Source: the human T2T-CHM13v2.0 reference genome, Homo sapiens. Taken from it: 64,000 bases of DNA. Of the stretch, positions 60,113 to 64,000 are shown piece after piece. Below the pieces are notes generated by a model that ran no database searches, had not been told where the DNA came from, and worked only from the letters and a program-made list of their open reading frames with translations. The stretch lies in the NCBI RefSeq assembly GCF_009914755.1, contig NC_060945.1; one strand, written 5' to 3'. The position numbers and the translations under genes were made by a program. The first letter of the stretch is position 1. The number at the start of each line of letters is the position of its first letter.

Positions 60113-63100
60113 ATGTCTGCACCTAAGAACACTAGGGTCTTGTCTGGCTCTTCTTATGAACGGTCCCCCAGCCCGGACTCCCCAAGATCCATGCTAGCCT
60201 CACCCAGCTTCTCCCTCTCCCCTCTCAGAAACTCAGACTTAAGAGGAAGCTCCTCACCAGGGATCCGGAGCTACCATTCACCATCCCCTAGGGCTTCACC
60301 ACACTCACCTCTGTCATCACCAGTATCCCACAATCTCCCATTTCCCTGTCCTATCCGTGATGGACAATCCATGAAGCCATTGGGCTCTCCCGTGTCCTCC
60401 TCTGAGGATTCTACAGAGTCACCACGTTCATCAGTAATATACCACATGTTCCTACTGCCATCACCCAGCAGCTCACCCCCAGCTCTCTGGGAGTCTCCTG
60501 GGTCTCCCAGCTACTCTCCAAACAACCCCAGATTTCAGCTGGAGTCAGCCCCCCACACCCAGGAATCACCTGCAAACTCACGAGCCTCACGGTGCTCCTC
60601 CCCTATGTCTTTCATCTCTTCACCCCCAGGCCTCAGGGACTCTCCTGTGGCTCCCAGTTACTCTCAAGCCATCCCCATGTTCCTGCGGGAGTCAGCCCCA
60701 TGCACTCAGGAGTCCCCCAGAGACTCACAGGTCTCGGGAGAATATGAGCGCTCCCCCAGCCCTGACTCCTCAAGATTCATGCCTGCCTCACCCAGCATCT
60801 ACCTCTCCCCTCCCAGGAACTCAGACCCAAGGGGCAGCTCCTCACAAGGGATGTGGAAGTACTCTACATCATCCCGCAGGGCTTCACCACTCTCACATCC
60901 GTCATCGGCAGAATTCCACAACTTTACATTTCCCTTTCCTAACCAAGCAGGACAATCACTCATGTCATTGTGTTCTCCCGTGTCCTCCTCTGGAGATTCC
61001 TCACAGTCACCCCATTCATCAATAATATACCATATGTTCTTACTGCCATCATCCAGCAGCTCACCCCCAGCCACCAATGACTCTCCTGTCTGTCCCAGCT
61101 ACTCTCCAACTACGCCCAGATTTCAGCGGGCGTCGGTATCCAACACCCCAGAAACACCTACAAACTCACAGACCTCAGTGAGATCCTCGCCAGTCTCTCT
61201 CACGTCTTCACCCCCAGGCCTTACGGACCCTCCAGTCTCTCCCAGCTACTATCCAACCACGCGCACATTTCAGCGCGGGTCAGATCCAGGAACCCAGGGA
61301 TCACCACCAAGCCCACCACTTTCACTGTGTTACTCCCCAGTCTCAAGCACGTCTTTATCTCCAACCCTCAGGGACTCTCCTGTCTGTCCCAGCTATTCTC
61401 CAACCACGCCCACGTTTCAGCGGGAGTCCGTTGCAGGCACCCAGCAATCACCAGCAAACTCACCAATTTCACTGCGTTACTCCCCAGTCTCTCTCATGTC
61501 TTCACCAGCCCTGAGGGACTCTCCCGTCTGTCCCAGCTACTCTGCAACCACACCCACATTTCAGCTGGAGTCCGTTCGAGGCTCCCCGGAGTCACCACCA
61601 ATCTCACCAATTACACTCAATTACTCTCCAGTCTCTCTCATGTCTTCACCAGCCCTCAGGGACTCTCCCGTCTGTCCCAGCTACTCTCCAACAACCCCCA
61701 GATTTCAGCTGCAAGCAGTTCCTTGCTCCCCGGAATCAACACCAAACTCACCAATTTCACTCAATTACTCTCCAGTCTCTCTCATGTCTTCACCAGCCCT
61801 CAGGGACTCTCCCATCTGTCCCAGCTACTCTCCAACCACGCCCAGATTTCAGCTGGAAGCAGTTCCTTGCACCCAGGAATCACCGCCAAACTCACCAATT
61901 TCACTCAATTACTCCCCAGTCTCTCTCATGTCTTCACCATCCCTCAGGGACTCTCCCGTCTGTCTCAGCTACTCTCCAACCACGCCCACATTTCAGCTGG
62001 AGTACCTTCGAGGCACCCCGGAGTCACCACCAAACTCACCAATTTCACTCAATTACTCTCCAGTCTCTCTCATGTCTTCACCAGCCCTCAGGGACTCTCC
62101 CGACTGTCCCAGCTACTCTCCAACAACGTCCAGATTTCAGCTGGAAGCAGTTCCTTGCTCCCCAGAATCAACACCAAACTCACCAATTTCACTCAATTAC
62201 TCTCCAGTCTCTCTCATGTCTTCACCAGCCATCAGGGACTCTCCCGTCTGTCCCAGCTACTCTCCAACCACGCCCACATGTCAGCTGGAGTCCGTTCGAG
62301 ACACCCCGGAGTCACCACCAAACTCACCAATTTCACTCAATTACACTCCAGTCTCTCTCATGTCTTCACCAGCCATCAGGGACTCTCCCGTCTGTCCCAG
62401 CTACTCTCCAAAGACGCCCACATTTCAGCTGGAGTCTGTTCCAGGCACACTGGAGTCACCACCAAACTCACCAATTTCACTCAATTACTCTCCAGTCTCT
62501 CTCATGTCTTCACCAGCCCTCAGGGACCCTCCTGTCTGTCCCAGCTACTCTCCAACCACCCCCAGATTTCAGCTGGCGTCAGTTCCAGGCACCCCGGAGT
62601 CACCACCAAACTCACCAGTTTCACTGAGTTACTCCCCGGTCTCTCTCATGTCTTCACCGCCAGCCCTCAGGGACTCTCCTGTGTGTCCCAGCTACTCTCC
62701 AACCACGCCCACATTTCAGCTGGAGTCAGTTCCAGGCACCCCGGAGTCACCACCAAACTCACCAATTTCACTCAATTACTCTCCAGTCTCTCTCATGTCT
62801 TCACCAGCCCTCAGGGACTCTCCTGTCTGTCCCAGCTACTCTCCAACCACGCCCAGATTTCAGCTGGAAGCAGTTCCTTGCACCCCAGAATCACCTCCAA
62901 ACTCACCAATTTCACTCAATTACTCTCTAGTCTCTCTCATGTCTTCACCAGTCCTCAGGGACCCTCCTGTCTGTCCCAGCTACTCTCCAGCCACACCCAG
63001 ATTTCAGTTGGAGTCAGTTCCAGGCACCGCGGAGTCACCACCAAACTCACCAGTTTCACTGAGTTACTCCCCGTTCTCTCTCATGTCTTCACCGCCAGCC

Positions 63101-64000
63101 CTCAGGGACTCTCCTGTTTGTCCCCGCTACTCTCCAACCACGCCCACATTCCAGCTGGAGTCACTTGCAGGCACCCAGGAATTACCTACAAACTCAGCAG
63201 TTTCACTGAGTTACTCCCCAGTCTCTCTCATGTCTTCACCCCCAGCCCCCTGGGACTCTCCTGTCTGTCCCAGCTCCTCTCCCACCACGCCCAGATTTCA
63301 GAGGGAGTCAGCCTCCCACACTCCGGAATCACCTACAGACTCACAGACTTCACGGAGGTCCTCCCTGGTCTCTCTCAGGTCTTTGCCCTCAGCCCACAGG
63401 GACTCTTGTGTCTCTTTCAGCTACTCTCGAAACTTCTCTAGATTCCAGCTGGACTCAGTTCCAGGCACCCACGACACACCACCAAACTCACGAATTTCAC
63501 TGACTTACTCCCCAGTCTCTCTCATGTTCTCACCACCAGCCCTCAGGGACTCTTCTGTCTCTCTCAGCTACTCTCCAGCCATCTCCACATCACACCTGGG
63601 GTCAGCTTCCCACACCCAGGAATCACCTACAAACTCACGGACCTTACTGCAACCCTCCCCCATTTCTTTCACCTCTTCACCCCCTGCTTTCAGGGACTCT
63701 CCTGTGTCTCCCAGCTTCTCTCCAGCCTTCCCCAGATTTCTGCCACAGTCAGCCCCAGGCACCCAGGGTTACCCTGGACACTCACAGGCCTCACGAGACT
63801 ATTTCCCAATGACTTGTATCTATAGAGGGATGGCTCCCATACTTCCCTCAGTGACCTCAAACCCATCTCCACTTACACTCAGACACTCCCAGGGCCTGAC
63901 AGCTACTCCCCGTTATTGTCCTTCAGCTCGAAGCCCTGGCCCATCTACTAGCCAACATGATGCAGCTACCTGGCCATGTCTCCACATTTCTGGGGAGGGC
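60113..64000 (+). CDS. CTD-like repeat protein, type B, copy 9 (partial, runs off the window end)
   Basis: ATG at 60113 (52677 + 7436), colinear with copy 8 to the end. Absent from the ORF track, consistent with no in-frame stop inside the window. Confidence 0.65.
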   Translation, partial: MSAPKNTRVLSGSSYERSPSPDSPRSMLASPSFSLSPLRNSDLRGSSSPGIRSYHSPSPRASPHSPLSSPVSHNLPFPCPIRDGQSMKPLGSPVSSSEDSTESPRSSVIYHMFLLPSPSSSPPALWESPGSPSYSPNNPRFQLESAPHTQESPANSRASRCSSPMSFISSPPGLRDSPVAPSYSQAIPMFLRESAPCTQESPRDSQVSGEYERSPSPDSSRFMPASPSIYLSPPRNSDPRGSSSQGMWKYSTSSRRASPLSHPSSAEFHNFTFPFPNQAGQSLMSLCSPVSSSGDSSQSPHSSIIYHMFLLPSSSSSPPATNDSPVCPSYSPTTPRFQRASVSNTPETPTNSQTSVRSSPVSLTSSPPGLTDPPVSPSYYPTTRTFQRGSDPGTQGSPPSPPLSLCYSPVSSTSLSPTLRDSPVCPSYSPTTPTFQRESVAGTQQSPANSPISLRYSPVSLMSSPALRDSPVCPSYSATTPTFQLESVRGSPESPPISPITLNYSPVSLMSSPALRDSPVCPSYSPTTPRFQLQAVPCSPESTPNSPISLNYSPVSLMSSPALRDSPICPSYSPTTPRFQLEAVPCTQESPPNSPISLNYSPVSLMSSPSLRDSPVCLSYSPTTPTFQLEYLRGTPESPPNSPISLNYSPVSLMSSPALRDSPDCPSYSPTTSRFQLEAVPCSPESTPNSPISLNYSPVSLMSSPAIRDSPVCPSYSPTTPTCQLESVRDTPESPPNSPISLNYTPVSLMSSPAIRDSPVCPSYSPKTPTFQLESVPGTLESPPNSPISLNYSPVSLMSSPALRDPPVCPSYSPTTPRFQLASVPGTPESPPNSPVSLSYSPVSLMSSPPALRDSPVCPSYSPTTPTFQLESVPGTPESPPNSPISLNYSPVSLMSSPALRDSPVCPSYSPTTPRFQLEAVPCTPESPPNSPISLNYSLVSLMSSPVLRDPPVCPSYSPATPRFQLESVPGTAESPPNSPVSLSYSPFSLMSSPPALRDSPVCPRYSPTTPTFQLESLAGTQELPTNSAVSLSYSPVSLMSSPPAPWDSPVCPSSSPTTPRFQRESASHTPESPTDSQTSRRSSLVSLRSLPSAHRDSCVSFSYSRNFSRFQLDSVPGTHDTPPNSRISLTYSPVSLMFSPPALRDSSVSLSYSPAISTSHLGSASHTQESPTNSRTLLQPSPISFTSSPPAFRDSPVSPSFSPAFPRFLPQSAPGTQGYPGHSQASRDYFPMTCIYRGMAPILPSVTSNPSPLTLRHSQGLTATPRYCPSARSPGPSTSQHDAATWPCLHISGEG

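Larger units (their letters stand above)
3126..64000 (+). repeat. Macrosatellite / tandem gene array: ~6.33-kb type A and 7.436-kb type B units, continuing past the window end
   Basis: ORF starts at 6133, 12469, 18798, 25127, 31460, 37806, 45241, 52677 and 60113 (spacings 6336, 6329, 6329, 6333, 6346, 7435, 7436, 7436). Homology begins at tcactccc 3126, equivalent to 9428. Confidence 0.99.

Overview
Primate genomic DNA (AluY-like, L1 and MaLR repeats present). Bases 1-~3125 are an ordinary repeat-dense flank: MST-type LTR, L1 fragments and an Alu with target-site duplication. From ~3126 to the window end is a head-to-tail macrosatellite array of 9 gene-bearing units. Type A units (~6.33 kb) carry an uninterrupted 993-aa ORF (copies 1-5). 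Type B units (7.436 kb) carry a 1377-aa ORF (copies 7, 8 and the truncated copy 9). Copy 6 is an A/B mosaic with a 1-bp frameshift. The predicted protein is Ser/Pro/Thr-rich and built from a 48/49-aa repeat that parses as 7 heptads in the register of the RNA polymerase II CTD (DSPVCPS-YSPTTPT-FQLESVP-GTPESPP-NSPISLN-YSPVSLM-SSPPALR). It ends in a short Cys/His/Arg-rich tail. Each unit has a GC box/TATA/Inr core promoter with an ATG-free leader (copy 6 excepted), and type A promoters carry a perfect DUX-type motif. I do not recognise the gene family, so no symbol is given. Expression and translation cannot be shown from sequence alone. Repeat family calls are from memory of consensus sequences and their boundaries are approximate.
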